Of a stretch of DNA of 64,000 nt, positions 30,753 to 41,022 are shown piece by piece (the stretch's first letter is position 1; the number at the start of each line of letters is the position of its first letter). Position numbers and translations under genes: made by a program. The stretch spans positions 384,001 to 448,000 of the forward strand of contig JAHPZA010000006.1 of assembly GCA_019058445.1 (NCBI GenBank), written 5' to 3'. The notes beneath the pieces were generated by a model. The model had not been told where the DNA came from and did not search any database. It saw nothing but the letters and a program-made list of their open reading frames with translations. The stretch comes from Promethearchaeota archaeon. GTDB lineage: Archaea; Asgardarchaeota; Lokiarchaeia; Sigyniarchaeales; SOKP01.

Positions 30753-32441
30753 ATTATCGATGAGGAGGATTTCTTAGAATACACTGATTTCCTAGAGAAT
30801 TTACGAAGTTCGATAGAGAAAGTCCAGATAATTGAGGATGCAAAAGAGAGACATAAATCCATTCACCAACTTGTAGATTCATCCATTAAAACATCAGATG
30901 AAATTGTGAGTGATGGGGATTATTTTGAGGCGGGAGAGTTTTTATATTCAGCTGGGGAATTGTTAGAAGAACTTGATTATTCCCACGCGCTTAAATTGTA
31001 TAAACAAAATATAAAATTATGGGAAAAACTCATCGCAGATCTTATAATACAAGCAAAACTTCATGAGACTGCCGAGATTTACCTTCGTATTGCTGATTTA
31101 TATGGAGAAAAATTTAATGACATTAAAGCGAGAAATAAGAATATTCTAAAAAGTATCGAATACTTGATCCAGGAAATCAATATTCTCAAAGATTTCAGTG
31201 ATCCGGAAACCGGTAATTCAGACATGCGAAAATTCACTCAAAACTATGAAAATGTTGCTGAATTATATTTAAAGGTTTTCGATTTTAAGAATGCCATTGG
31301 TTTTTATGAGAATGTGATTGAACTCGCAAAACTTTACAGTTATTTTGATATTTTATCCTACTCTTATCAACAAATTGCGTTTTGTTATGAAGAATTAGAT
31401 GATTATAATAAATCAAAAGATATCATCCTGGATGGAATCGATTATTTTTCTAATTTATTTGAAGTATTTGAAGAGAAAAATAAATATTTAGCCCTAGCTC
31501 AAATTTGTCAAATTTTAAAGAATCTTTATAAGATCTTGGATGATGATGAGCAATTTTACAGTTATTCAAAAAAGGAAGCAGGCGCCTATATCAGTCTTGC
31601 AAAAGGACTTGAGAAAAAAGAAGAACAATTCCAAAAGATCGCTCGATACTATAGAGGTGCTGGCTTATGCTACCAAGAAATCAATAATAATTTAATAGAA
31701 TGCGCGTCTTGTTTTGTTTTAGCAGGCAATTACTCAGAAAAGGTTGAAGATTACTCTGGAGCTGCAATTAATTTCATTGATGCGGCTAACGTGTTTAAAG
31801 AACTTAATAATTTTGAGATGGCATACAAGCATTTTGTAAAAGCGGGAGATAATTACTGGAAAATTGAAGATTTAAATCCTTCTACTGAAAGTTATTTAAA
31901 TGCATATGACACGGCTATTGAAGGAAATTTGGAGTTTAATCGATTTGGTATATTTAATCAAATCGTGCGAGGATTAAATAAAATCGCAAAGGAGGGGCTT
32001 AAAAATAAACAGTTCTTCACAGCTGCTACACTAATTTTAGAAAGCATTAAATTTTACGAGCAGTTAGATATCGCACAAGATATAGTCTTAAGAGAGATGG
32101 TTAGAAACGTCTACAAATACTATTATAAAGCGGCGAATCTCAAAAAAATCGGGTATTCTCATATTGTTCACTCATATGTGTTAGCCACTTTATCCAGCAT
32201 CCTAAACGGCAAGGTCAAAAAAGCATGGGAAATTATGTCTGAAATTGACTCTGAGGGGAAAACAGTTCGTATTTTTAAAGAAATGATACAAATGATTATT
32301 GAATGGGTTTCCGAGGGAAAACGAGTTAAAATTGAAAGCTTTCCATATAGAATAAAGAAAATTATAGAAGGATCTGAAGAAATTATGTATATTATTTCTT
32401 TATTCAAGAGCTTTCAACCACCACCTCAGTTCCTTTCTTAG
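30753..32441 (+). CDS. TPR/alpha-SNAP-like helical repeat protein
   Basis: Repeated A..Y/F..AG..Y units (IARYYRGAGLCY, CASCFVLAGNY, AAINFIDAANVF). Frame is open from 30741; ORF-track start is GTG 30906; ATT 30753 is proposed and uncertain. Confidence 0.65.
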   Translation: MIDEEDFLEYTDFLENLRSSIEKVQIIEDAKERHKSIHQLVDSSIKTSDEIVSDGDYFEAGEFLYSAGELLEELDYSHALKLYKQNIKLWEKLIADLIIQAKLHETAEIYLRIADLYGEKFNDIKARNKNILKSIEYLIQEINILKDFSDPETGNSDMRKFTQNYENVAELYLKVFDFKNAIGFYENVIELAKLYSYFDILSYSYQQIAFCYEELDDYNKSKDIILDGIDYFSNLFEVFEEKNKYLALAQICQILKNLYKILDDDEQFYSYSKKEAGAYISLAKGLEKKEEQFQKIARYYRGAGLCYQEINNNLIECASCFVLAGNYSEKVEDYSGAAINFIDAANVFKELNNFEMAYKHFVKAGDNYWKIEDLNPSTESYLNAYDTAIEGNLEFNRFGIFNQIVRGLNKIAKEGLKNKQFFTAATLILESIKFYEQLDIAQDIVLREMVRNVYKYYYKAANLKKIGYSHIVHSYVLATLSSILNGKVKKAWEIMSEIDSEGKTVRIFKEMIQMIIEWVSEGKRVKIESFPYRIKKIIEGSEEIMYIISLFKSFQPPPQFLS

Positions 32442-32504
32442 CATGTGGTAAATTTATATCACATCAAAAATACTGAGTTTAAAGATCTAGAGGGATATAT
32501 AATT

Positions 32505-33167
32505 ATGAACACTAACAAAAATATAGTCCTAATTTTTGATTTAGATTTTACTCTTATCAATAATAGGGAGGGAATTGTAAATTCCTTTAATTATGCGCTA
32601 AAAAGATATCATCTTCCTCAGCTTATTACGACTAAAATTGAGAAAATGATAGGTACCCCTCTAGAAAAAATGTTTGCTCAAGTAACTGATATGGATGCAA
32701 CCCCATTATGTTCAGCCTTCAGAGAATTTTATGTATCTGAGGGTATTTTCCAAGTAAAAGTATTTCCCGGCGTGAAAGATTTACTTATAGAGTTAAATAA
32801 ATGGTTTACTTTAGGAGTGATTACTTCGAAAAAAGAAGAGATCGCAAAAAAACTACTGCATTATCTAAAATTTGCCCGATGTTTTGATTTTATTTTAGGA
32901 GAAACTGAACAGAGAAAAAGCAAAACGGATCCCAAATTACTTCAATATTTACTCAAAACATATAAAGGTTTTCACTTTGTTATGATAGGAGACACACCTC
33001 ATGACAGAGAATTAGCTGAAGAACTGGAATGCCCCTTTATTGGAGTCCTTACGGGTATGCATTCTTATGAAGAGTTAAAATCGAATAGAAAGAAAGTTAA
33101 AAGTTTAATCCTAAATAATGTTGTAGAGATTACTTCACAGAAAATCTATTCTCTTTTTGATATGTAA
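32505..33167 (+). CDS. HAD-family hydrolase (phosphoglycolate-phosphatase-like)
   Basis: FDLDFTL, ITSK, MIGDTPHD; ATG 32505 preferred over GTG 32445. Confidence 0.85.
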   Translation: MNTNKNIVLIFDLDFTLINNREGIVNSFNYALKRYHLPQLITTKIEKMIGTPLEKMFAQVTDMDATPLCSAFREFYVSEGIFQVKVFPGVKDLLIELNKWFTLGVITSKKEEIAKKLLHYLKFARCFDFILGETEQRKSKTDPKLLQYLLKTYKGFHFVMIGDTPHDRELAEELECPFIGVLTGMHSYEELKSNRKKVKSLILNNVVEITSQKIYSLFDM

Positions 33168-33223
33168 ATTTCATAGGGTCAAAATTAGAACAAAAAATAA
33201 AATAAAAAAAGAAAAAGGCTTTA

Positions 33224-34684
33224 TTATTCCTTTAAATCTTCGTATTGTTTCATGAATTCTTCGGGTTTCCATTGCGTGTCCATATATTTAATAATACCTG
33301 AACTGTCTCTTGGGCCTACAACAACCCACGCATCTGCCTCATCTTCAAGAGCACCACTTAATCGGGCTGCCATACCCGGAATAATTAATATTCGATGGTC
33401 TACTTTATCAAATGCTTTAAATTCCTTTACAGCTTCAGCAATAGAACCCGCATTGAACTGACCTCCAGCTACAGCTGATTCAATTCCAATTCCTTCGCTA
33501 TCCACTACTAAAAGCCAGCTATCAATATTTCCACTTTTAAGATCTTGTTCAACGGGAATTTTCGTCATACGATAATTTGAAGTAACAAATATCGGGGCCA
33601 TTGGTCCAGGTTCTCCGACTTGATATAATCCAGCATCAACAGCGGGATATATTCTCGGATCAGAATATACCGTTTGTCTCATGGTCATTAAAGCCAATAA
33701 AGCCCAGATATCCTCTTTTTTCTGACCAGTATGAAGAACTATTAAAGAAGTGGCGACTGCAATCATCATTGCACCCATAATAATTTCTTGATATTGGTGT
33801 CGCCATAATTCATCTTTATCTTTTACCTCAACCTGACTCCAATAAGCGGCTGGAACTCCCATTATTGGCCAGCCAGCATTCACATCTTCCTTATCAATTG
33901 CAGCAGTCCTTATCTGTATAATATTATCATAGGTTGCTGCTAAATTACCTGATCCGAAAAGTGTGCCCGCATCTAAGACTAATTCTTTAACGCCTAATTT
34001 TTGTAAGGTAGCGCTCAATGACATTAATTCCTCAATATCCGTAGAGGTTGCCACCATAGGTAAATTATTTTGAACGGCAAATTTGCCAATTTGTTCCCAA
34101 GTATCTTTTGTTGCCGCATACAAGAGCGGTCTCTTATCTTTTATTTCTCCAGCAGCAGCTAATAAATTATCGGCATTAAAACAACATAGCATCACGGGAA
34201 GATTTGAAATTTCCGCGATTTTTTTCGCAGCTGCTTTAAAGTTATCAGCCTCTCCTGAAACACATCTCAGGGCGATACCATTAATTTTTAATACATCACC
34301 AATTCGTTCAACGGTTAAATCTGTTAAATATTTAACCATTTCTACTAAATCAGATTCAGCTAAGTCGTCAGGAATTTCAAGAAAAATAGCGGTTTCATTA
34401 TAATAAGTGAGCTGGTGTCGCATCAATACCTCTTCACCGCCAATTACAACTTCTCTTTCTCCTACACCAATTCTAACAGGTTTTTGGGGTGGTGTGGTGA
34501 TTTCAATCAATTTATTACGATTCTTAGCTTGCTTAGGATCCTGCATTAAGTGTGTGCAGTCTTGGACTCTTACTTTTCTTTCTAAAATATCAGTGGCAAA
34601 TGCCATACAAGTCTCGTACCCGCATTCTTTGCAATTGCTTTTATCAAGCAATGCGTAAACATCCAAGGGTGAAGCTCTTCCCAT
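33224..34684 (-). CDS. cdhE: Corrinoid Fe-S protein large subunit (ACDS gamma)
   Basis: NCKECGYETCMAFA, IGGEEVLMRH, YSDPR, VTSNY, IIPGMAARLSG, VGPRDSS; ATG 34684 chosen as start. Confidence 0.92.
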   Translation of the reverse strand: MGRASPLDVYALLDKSNCKECGYETCMAFATDILERKVRVQDCTHLMQDPKQAKNRNKLIEITTPPQKPVRIGVGEREVVIGGEEVLMRHQLTYYNETAIFLEIPDDLAESDLVEMVKYLTDLTVERIGDVLKINGIALRCVSGEADNFKAAAKKIAEISNLPVMLCCFNADNLLAAAGEIKDKRPLLYAATKDTWEQIGKFAVQNNLPMVATSTDIEELMSLSATLQKLGVKELVLDAGTLFGSGNLAATYDNIIQIRTAAIDKEDVNAGWPIMGVPAAYWSQVEVKDKDELWRHQYQEIIMGAMMIAVATSLIVLHTGQKKEDIWALLALMTMRQTVYSDPRIYPAVDAGLYQVGEPGPMAPIFVTSNYRMTKIPVEQDLKSGNIDSWLLVVDSEGIGIESAVAGGQFNAGSIAEAVKEFKAFDKVDHRILIIPGMAARLSGALEDEADAWVVVGPRDSSGIIKYMDTQWKPEEFMKQYEDLKE

Positions 34685-34944
34685 ATTAAATCTCCATTTA
34701 ATGAAATTTAGAATTTTAATATAATATGTGTAAATCAATTGTGTATAGAATTAAAAACTTATTTTTTGTAATTCGAAAATCTGTGAATAGTGTCTAACGG
34801 ATATAGTCCACTAGATTATAACAAAAAAAGGAAAAGTAAGTTGAATCTTTTATCTTGAAATCGAAATTAAAGGTAAAATTATAGAAGAAAAACGTAAATA
34901 AATAAGCAAAATTAACAAAAATCAATTCAATTAGCTTTGAAGCT

Positions 34945-35352
34945 TTAGAATCCTTTCCAGAATTTTTTAATGGGCTCTTGCAAAGTATCCTCAATTTCCC
35001 CTTCAAAACCCTCAAACACGCTTACATCACTATCCCATTTTTGAAACCATTCATCAGAATATTTAGTTTGAAATCGTGATACTATCTTTTCTAACTCCAT
35101 AGCAACTTTTTTTTCTTTTGCTTTTTTCTCCGACGACGCCACAAAGATATAGTTTTTGGTTTTTTTCAGTATGAACCTTTTATCGGACAATTCAAAATTT
35201 GACAATCCCCCTTCAGCAAGTTTTTCTGCAAACATATTAAGTGCGCTCATTAAAGCACCAAAAAGTTGAGATTTCATTTGAGCATCAAATAATCGGTTAA
35301 ATAATACAGTTCCCGAGTGAGTAAGTATCCATATGTCTTGTATAACTTTCAT
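34945..35352 (-). CDS. Stand-alone longin-like domain protein (paralog 2)
   Basis: IQDIWILTHSGTVLFNR...LFGALMSAL...PIKKFWKGF. Confidence 0.7.
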   Translation of the reverse strand: MKVIQDIWILTHSGTVLFNRLFDAQMKSQLFGALMSALNMFAEKLAEGGLSNFELSDKRFILKKTKNYIFVASSEKKAKEKKVAMELEKIVSRFQTKYSDEWFQKWDSDVSVFEGFEGEIEDTLQEPIKKFWKGF

Positions 35353-35497
35353 TTTTTATATCCCGTGAGAATTAAAAATTCGTTTTAATTCACTTCCTAT
35401 AATTCCTAGTATACTCCTTATACTATTTAAATATATTTTAGTCAATAAGTATAAATATATAACACTATTGTAATTGAAAAAATAAAAAAAAAGAGAA

Positions 35498-36229
35498 TTA
35501 AGAAATAAGCTTATCACTAATTTTCTTTGGTAAAAAGAATCCGAAATAGAATTCTATCGCACTTGTAATTAATATTATCCTTATTAAAATTAAGGTTATC
35601 GCGTTTAAAGAAAGTGATGCATCTAATATGGCTCCTACACCAAAGCTAATCCAGGCAAGTAATAAAAACCGTCCTTTCCATTGAACCTCGGGGTCGTCAA
35701 GTTTCATGGATTTGACAGCAAAGATAATACCCGTGATAAGAAACATAAATACTCCTCCTAATACGAAAATCAATAATAGCGGGCTATGAGACGAGTCAAA
35801 AGTGCTATTAAGGGTTCCTACCATACTCAAATTAGTTGCCAGTCCGATAATGATTGTTAACTCCCACACAATTGCAAATCCAAAAAAAATGATCAGGATA
35901 ATGTTTCTGGATTTCGGTTGGAGAATTTCACAATAAGACCAAATCCAACATATTATCGCAAGAGGGATAAAAATATTTGCAATCATTAAATAGGTAAATG
36001 CGTCCAATTTCACATTAAAAAATCCATAGGATATAAATTGAAACGCAACGCCAAACCATGCAGAAGATACGAAAATGTATGAAAGGCCGACGGTAATTAA
36101 ATCTCTTGTGCGATTAATAGCTATCGCCCTTGCGATTGCTTTTAGTCCAATGAAAATTGCAATAAGAACCCAGACTAAGCCGAGGCTCCCCTCAAGAATC
36201 TCAAATTGTGTTAAATCTGCTAATGCCAT
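35498..36229 (-). CDS. Hypothetical membrane protein with about 7 TM segments
   Basis: Seven hydrophobic segments, no catalytic motif recognised. Confidence 0.65.
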   Translation of the reverse strand: MALADLTQFEILEGSLGLVWVLIAIFIGLKAIARAIAINRTRDLITVGLSYIFVSSAWFGVAFQFISYGFFNVKLDAFTYLMIANIFIPLAIICWIWSYCEILQPKSRNIILIIFFGFAIVWELTIIIGLATNLSMVGTLNSTFDSSHSPLLLIFVLGGVFMFLITGIIFAVKSMKLDDPEVQWKGRFLLLAWISFGVGAILDASLSLNAITLILIRIILITSAIEFYFGFFLPKKISDKLIS

Positions 36230-36371
36230 TTTTTTCCCGAACTCTTAAAAATTACTAAAATTTCTTCATATAAGTATCAATTATTATCTATAGTCAAGAA
36301 ATAAGTTATATTTAAATCACTGCTATTACAAATATCTTAAAAAAGTCAATAAAAAATAATTCTAAATGTAA

Positions 36372-36779
36372 TTAAAATCCATTCCAGAATTGCTTTATAG
36401 GATTTTCAAGTGAATCTCCGATATCTTCTTCAAAACATTCAAAAGCGCTTACATCACAATCCCAATTTTTAAACCAATCATCGGGAAACTTTTTTATAAA
36501 TTTCTCTATTACATGTTCTAAACTTTCTACTAATTTTTTCTCTTTTACTTTTTTTGAGGCACTTGCTACAAAAGTATAGCTTCCCCTTTTCTTTAACACA
36601 AATTTTTTATCTGAAAGCTCAAAATTTGACAATCCTCCATCTGCTAGTTGTTCGGCAAACGTATTCAACGCGCTCATCAAAGCGCCAAAAAGTTGATTCT
36701 CCATTTGCGGATCAAAAACTCTACTGAATAAGACTGTTCCTGTATTAGAAAGGATCCAAATATCTTGGAGGAGGGGCAT
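36372..36779 (-). CDS. Stand-alone longin-like domain protein (paralog 3)
   Basis: LQDIWILSNTGTVLFSR...LFGALMSAL...PIKQFWNGF. Confidence 0.7.
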   Translation of the reverse strand: MPLLQDIWILSNTGTVLFSRVFDPQMENQLFGALMSALNTFAEQLADGGLSNFELSDKKFVLKKRGSYTFVASASKKVKEKKLVESLEHVIEKFIKKFPDDWFKNWDCDVSAFECFEEDIGDSLENPIKQFWNGF

Positions 36780-37102
36780 AATTAAACGATCGTATATTAC
36801 TCAAGGTATTTAAATTTAATATACCAATTTCAATATTTATACTTTTATCAATAATCATTTGCTTTATTATATTTAAACTTGATCTCTAGAAAGGTAAAAA
36901 ACCAGTAAAAACGTTAAAATCAAGTTTATTTAATTCGAAATCAGATATTTGTTAATAAAATATTTCTCATCTAACTGGGAGGAAAAAGCCCTCCTTATAA
37001 TGCTATTGAGGTTAAAATTAATATGATCTTAGTAAGTATTAGTAATATAATTGAAGTTTTATTTTCAAAAAGAATAAAAAATTTCTATTTTTTTCTTAAA
37101 TA

Positions 37103-38551
37103 ATGCCACACAGTCTAGAAGAGTTCAAAAAATTTGATTCTGTGTTTCATCCAAAACACATCGCATTTATAGGGGCTTCTGAAAGCTCAAGATTTGGGGC
37201 TATGTTATATTTACCTGCGTTTAAGGATTCGAAATTTTCAGATACATTTTACCCTATTAATCCGAAGCATGATACAGTTTTGGGCTGGAAATCTTATCCT
37301 TCAGTACTGGATGTACCTTATCCTATTGATATGGCTTATATCTCATTAAAAATTAATGCTATTCCGCAAGTTCTTAAAGAGTGTGTGGAAAAAAAAGTAA
37401 AATGGGTAACAATATTTGCATCTGGATTTTCAGAAACTGGTGATCTTGAAAGTGCACAGAAAGAAAAAGAACTTCAGGAGATAATTAAGGGTTCGGATAC
37501 CAGAGTGATTGGTCCCAATTGTTTAGGTCCGTTTAATACCGAAAATGGGATATCCTTTGCACTTAACTCTCCAAATGTAATTCCAGGATCCGTATCTTTT
37601 ATGTCACAATCAGGTGGACATTTGACGCAATTATTGGACATCGGGTTTAAGCGTGATATAAGATTTAGATACGGCGTTTCATTTGGAAATCAAATAGATT
37701 TAAACGCCTTGGATTTCTTAAGACATTATCATTTAGATCCGAAAACTAAAGTGATTGCAGCATACTTGGAATCTTTTGGAACAGCATATGGCCATGAATT
37801 TTTTGAAGAGCTAAAAGAAACTACTAAAATAAAACCAGTTATTATATGGAAAGGAGGTCACACAGATGATGGCTCTCGGGCAGCATTTTCACATACAGGA
37901 GCTATTGCTTCAGATTTAAAATTATGGAAAGCAATGGCTAAACAAACTGGTGCAATATTAGTGAAAGATAATGAAGAATTCTGGAATACAATTAAGACTT
38001 TTGAAATACTATTTCCCAAACACATGCCTAATGGAAGAAATGTCGGAATCATAACTCCTGGAGGTGGTTCATCAGTTAATATGACAGATCTATTTGCTTA
38101 TCATAACCTTAAGGTCCCAGAATTAACTCATAATTCTCAAGAAAAATTGGCTAAAATTTTACCTCGAGAAAATGTGAATGTTAAAAATCCAATAGACTTA
38201 GGAGCACCGGGATTTGTATTAGAAATTTTTGCTTCCTGTATTGAAATTGCTGTAAAAGATCCAAATCTCGATATTATTGTTGTTCCTCTTTGGCCAGATC
38301 ACTTATATAATTATATTATTAAGAGAATGATTCAAATTCAGCAAAATACTCCGAAGCCATTTTTATTTTGCTTGCCATGGATTGCAGATTCATTTGATTT
38401 GGCAAAAAGATTCAAAAAAGTAGGAAAATTATTAAGAAAACAAAGGCAACTTTACTTCTTGTCTTTTAAAGAAGCAGCGAATAGTATCTCTCTCTTCTGT
38501 GACTATGCCGATTTTCTAAAAGCTCATAATATTCAAATTTCTAATAGCTAG
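37103..38551 (+). CDS. ADP-forming acyl-CoA synthetase alpha-subunit-like protein
   Basis: IGAS, YPINP, ASGFSE, IGPNCLG, SQSGG, SHTGA (phospho-His), NPIDL. Confidence 0.85.
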   Translation: MPHSLEEFKKFDSVFHPKHIAFIGASESSRFGAMLYLPAFKDSKFSDTFYPINPKHDTVLGWKSYPSVLDVPYPIDMAYISLKINAIPQVLKECVEKKVKWVTIFASGFSETGDLESAQKEKELQEIIKGSDTRVIGPNCLGPFNTENGISFALNSPNVIPGSVSFMSQSGGHLTQLLDIGFKRDIRFRYGVSFGNQIDLNALDFLRHYHLDPKTKVIAAYLESFGTAYGHEFFEELKETTKIKPVIIWKGGHTDDGSRAAFSHTGAIASDLKLWKAMAKQTGAILVKDNEEFWNTIKTFEILFPKHMPNGRNVGIITPGGGSSVNMTDLFAYHNLKVPELTHNSQEKLAKILPRENVNVKNPIDLGAPGFVLEIFASCIEIAVKDPNLDIIVVPLWPDHLYNYIIKRMIQIQQNTPKPFLFCLPWIADSFDLAKRFKKVGKLLRKQRQLYFLSFKEAANSISLFCDYADFLKAHNIQISNS

Positions 38552-38614
38552 CTGAATTTTAATAGAAGTATTTACAATTTTAAATATTAAACATAATAAA
38601 AAGATAAGATAGAT

Positions 38615-40201
38615 ATGTCTAAGGATTTTAAATGGAAGTTTCCATACCCCTCCCGAAGGATGCCTATTTGCGCTAAAAATATTGTTGCAACCTCTCAGCC
38701 CCTTGCTGCTCAGGCAGGTTTACGAATGTTGCTTAAAGGCGGGAATGCTGTTGATGCCATTATCGCAACTGCAATTACTATAGCAGTTGTAGAGCCTACA
38801 AGTAATGGTTTAGGGAGCGATGCATTTGCTATTTTATGGGACGGGAAAAAACTTAACGGGCTTAATGCTTCGGGTAGATCTCCCGCAGCATGGACGCCAG
38901 AATATTTTTCAAAATATAAAGAAATGCCGCTCCTTGGCTGGGATACAGTTACCATCCCGGGAGCTGTTTCAGCTTGGGTTGAGCTATGGAAAAAATATGG
39001 ACAGCTTTCTTTTAAAGAATTATTTGAGCCCGCCATCGACTATGCGAAAAAGGGATATTTAATTTCACCGATTACGGGTGATGTGTGGAATCCCTTATCT
39101 AGAGTTTTTAAAAAGTATCCCGGTTATCGTGAAGCTTTTCTACGAAACGGAAAAGCTCCTAAGCCAGGGGAGCTATTTAAATTTCCGGATCAAGCACGCA
39201 GCTTGGAATTAATTGCAGAATCAGAGGGGGAAGCTTTTTATCACGGAGAATTAGCAAAAAGAATCATTGATTATGCTAAAAAGACGGGTGGAACTATGAC
39301 CCTTGAGGATCTTGAAAATCACAATCCTACATGGGTAGAGCCTATAAAAATTGAATATAAGGGTGTGGAATTGCATGAAATTCCCCCTAACGGTCAAGGA
39401 TTAGCTGCGTTGATAATGCTCGGTATACTGAAGAATTTTGATATAAGTTCCTTTAAGCCAGATTCTGTGGATTCTATCCATCTTCAATTAGAAGCTATGA
39501 AATTAGCGTTTGCTGACGCTCATCGTTATATTTCCGATCCCTCTACTCTCGAATTTGATCCAAAATATCTCCTTCATCCTGAGTATTTAAAAGAGAGGGC
39601 AAGTCTAATTGATAGTCAAAATGCCCAAAATTACGAATATGGCTTACCTAATTTTGGAGATACCGTCTATTTAACTGCTGCTGATGAAAATGGCATGATG
39701 ATTTCATACATTCAATCTAATTATTTTGCGTTTGGTTCCGGAATTGTCATACCTGGTACAGGCATTAGCCTCCAAAATCGAGGTGCTGGTTTTGTATTAG
39801 AAGAGGGACATCCCAATCACGTTGGTCCAAATAAACGACCTTATCATACCATAATACCTGCCTTTGTTACCAAAAATCGTGAACCTCTAATGAGCTATGG
39901 AGTAATGGGAGGACCCATGCAGCCGCAGGGACATGCACAGATGATGATTCGCATATTTGAATACAAACAAAATCCACAAACAGCAAATGACGCTCCCCGT
40001 TGGCGTGTAATGGACGGTCTTGATGTAATAGTAGAATCAGAGTTCAATAAAGAGACAGTGAAAGCACTTAAGGAGAGAGGACATAAAATTTCGACCAGTC
40101 ATTTTGTTGAATTTGGAGGGGCTCAAATGATCTACAAAGTAGATGGTGGATATATAGCCTCATCAGATCCGCGAAAGGACGGACAAGCTGTCGGTTTTTA
40201 A
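38615..40201 (+). CDS. Gamma-glutamyltransferase family protein
   Basis: GGNAVDA, GDTVYL (nucleophile Thr), QNRG, RPYHTIIP, GVMGG.MQPQGH, SDPRKDG. Confidence 0.9.
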   Translation: MSKDFKWKFPYPSRRMPICAKNIVATSQPLAAQAGLRMLLKGGNAVDAIIATAITIAVVEPTSNGLGSDAFAILWDGKKLNGLNASGRSPAAWTPEYFSKYKEMPLLGWDTVTIPGAVSAWVELWKKYGQLSFKELFEPAIDYAKKGYLISPITGDVWNPLSRVFKKYPGYREAFLRNGKAPKPGELFKFPDQARSLELIAESEGEAFYHGELAKRIIDYAKKTGGTMTLEDLENHNPTWVEPIKIEYKGVELHEIPPNGQGLAALIMLGILKNFDISSFKPDSVDSIHLQLEAMKLAFADAHRYISDPSTLEFDPKYLLHPEYLKERASLIDSQNAQNYEYGLPNFGDTVYLTAADENGMMISYIQSNYFAFGSGIVIPGTGISLQNRGAGFVLEEGHPNHVGPNKRPYHTIIPAFVTKNREPLMSYGVMGGPMQPQGHAQMMIRIFEYKQNPQTANDAPRWRVMDGLDVIVESEFNKETVKALKERGHKISTSHFVEFGGAQMIYKVDGGYIASSDPRKDGQAVGF

Positions 40202-40293
40202 ATAATTAAAAAATTACTGTTAAAATTTAGATTATTTCTTTTGAAAAATTTAAAATAAAAAAAAAGAAGTATATATTTGTAAGGTTAAAATGA

Positions 40294-41022
40294 TTAGGGA
40301 AGCGTTATTTCATTTGTATCTTCGTTTAGATTGATGATTCCCTTTACAGCCATTTGCTTTATTGTCCTCACAGCCATAATAGGGGGAACATCAAGTTGTT
40401 TTTTCAAATCGTCTAAATTTGCAGAACCCTTCCCCATAATTGTTGCGAGAATATCTACTTCATGAATTTCTTCATCAGAATTTTCCATCAAATAGGACGC
40501 AAAAAAGCTCATTTGTTTTGATTCGTTAATCTTTTTCTCTAACTCATCCATTTTATTAGCATAATCAGTTTTCAAATCACTTTCTCTTGATTCATTATCA
40601 ACTTTTTTCTGATCTAATGTGGTTTTTTCAGACTCTTTTGCAGTGATTTGTTCATTTACGGTATCTAATTTAGAAAGCAATGTCTCCAGTTCAAATTGTG
40701 GTTTTTTCAAGTCATTTGTCGTGGTTTCAAGAGTGGTAGTAAGTTCCGTAATTTTTGATGTTAAATCATCTTTGGTAGCCTTAAGATCTTCAAGTTTTTT
40801 ATCCAAACCTTCGGACTCTGTTCGTAAGCTGGTTATTTCTGAATTCTGTTCTTTAATTTTCTCTAATAATTGTTCGTTTTCTGCTTGCACTGTTTTCATG
40901 CTTTTCCACGTATTACTTAAATTTTGAACTATATCCTCTCCGTGTTTATTTAAAAGTTGATGGTAGGTGTCAAAAGCTGTCTCAAATTGTTCTATTAAAG
41001 CTAGTATCTCTTTTGCGCTCAT
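40294..41022 (-). CDS. Coiled-coil protein with a C-terminal winged helix
   Basis: Long heptads, then LDDLKKQLDVPPIMAVRTIKQMAVKGIINL. Confidence 0.65.
   Translation of the reverse strand: MSAKEILALIEQFETAFDTYHQLLNKHGEDIVQNLSNTWKSMKTVQAENEQLLEKIKEQNSEITSLRTESEGLDKKLEDLKATKDDLTSKITELTTTLETTTNDLKKPQFELETLLSKLDTVNEQITAKESEKTTLDQKKVDNESRESDLKTDYANKMDELEKKINESKQMSFFASYLMENSDEEIHEVDILATIMGKGSANLDDLKKQLDVPPIMAVRTIKQMAVKGIINLNEDTNEITLP

Noticed and set aside
31190-31230. CCGG-AAA-CCGG hairpin in the SNAP-like gene as a possible in-frame intron
   Set aside because: No consistent central helix plus exon stem could be built
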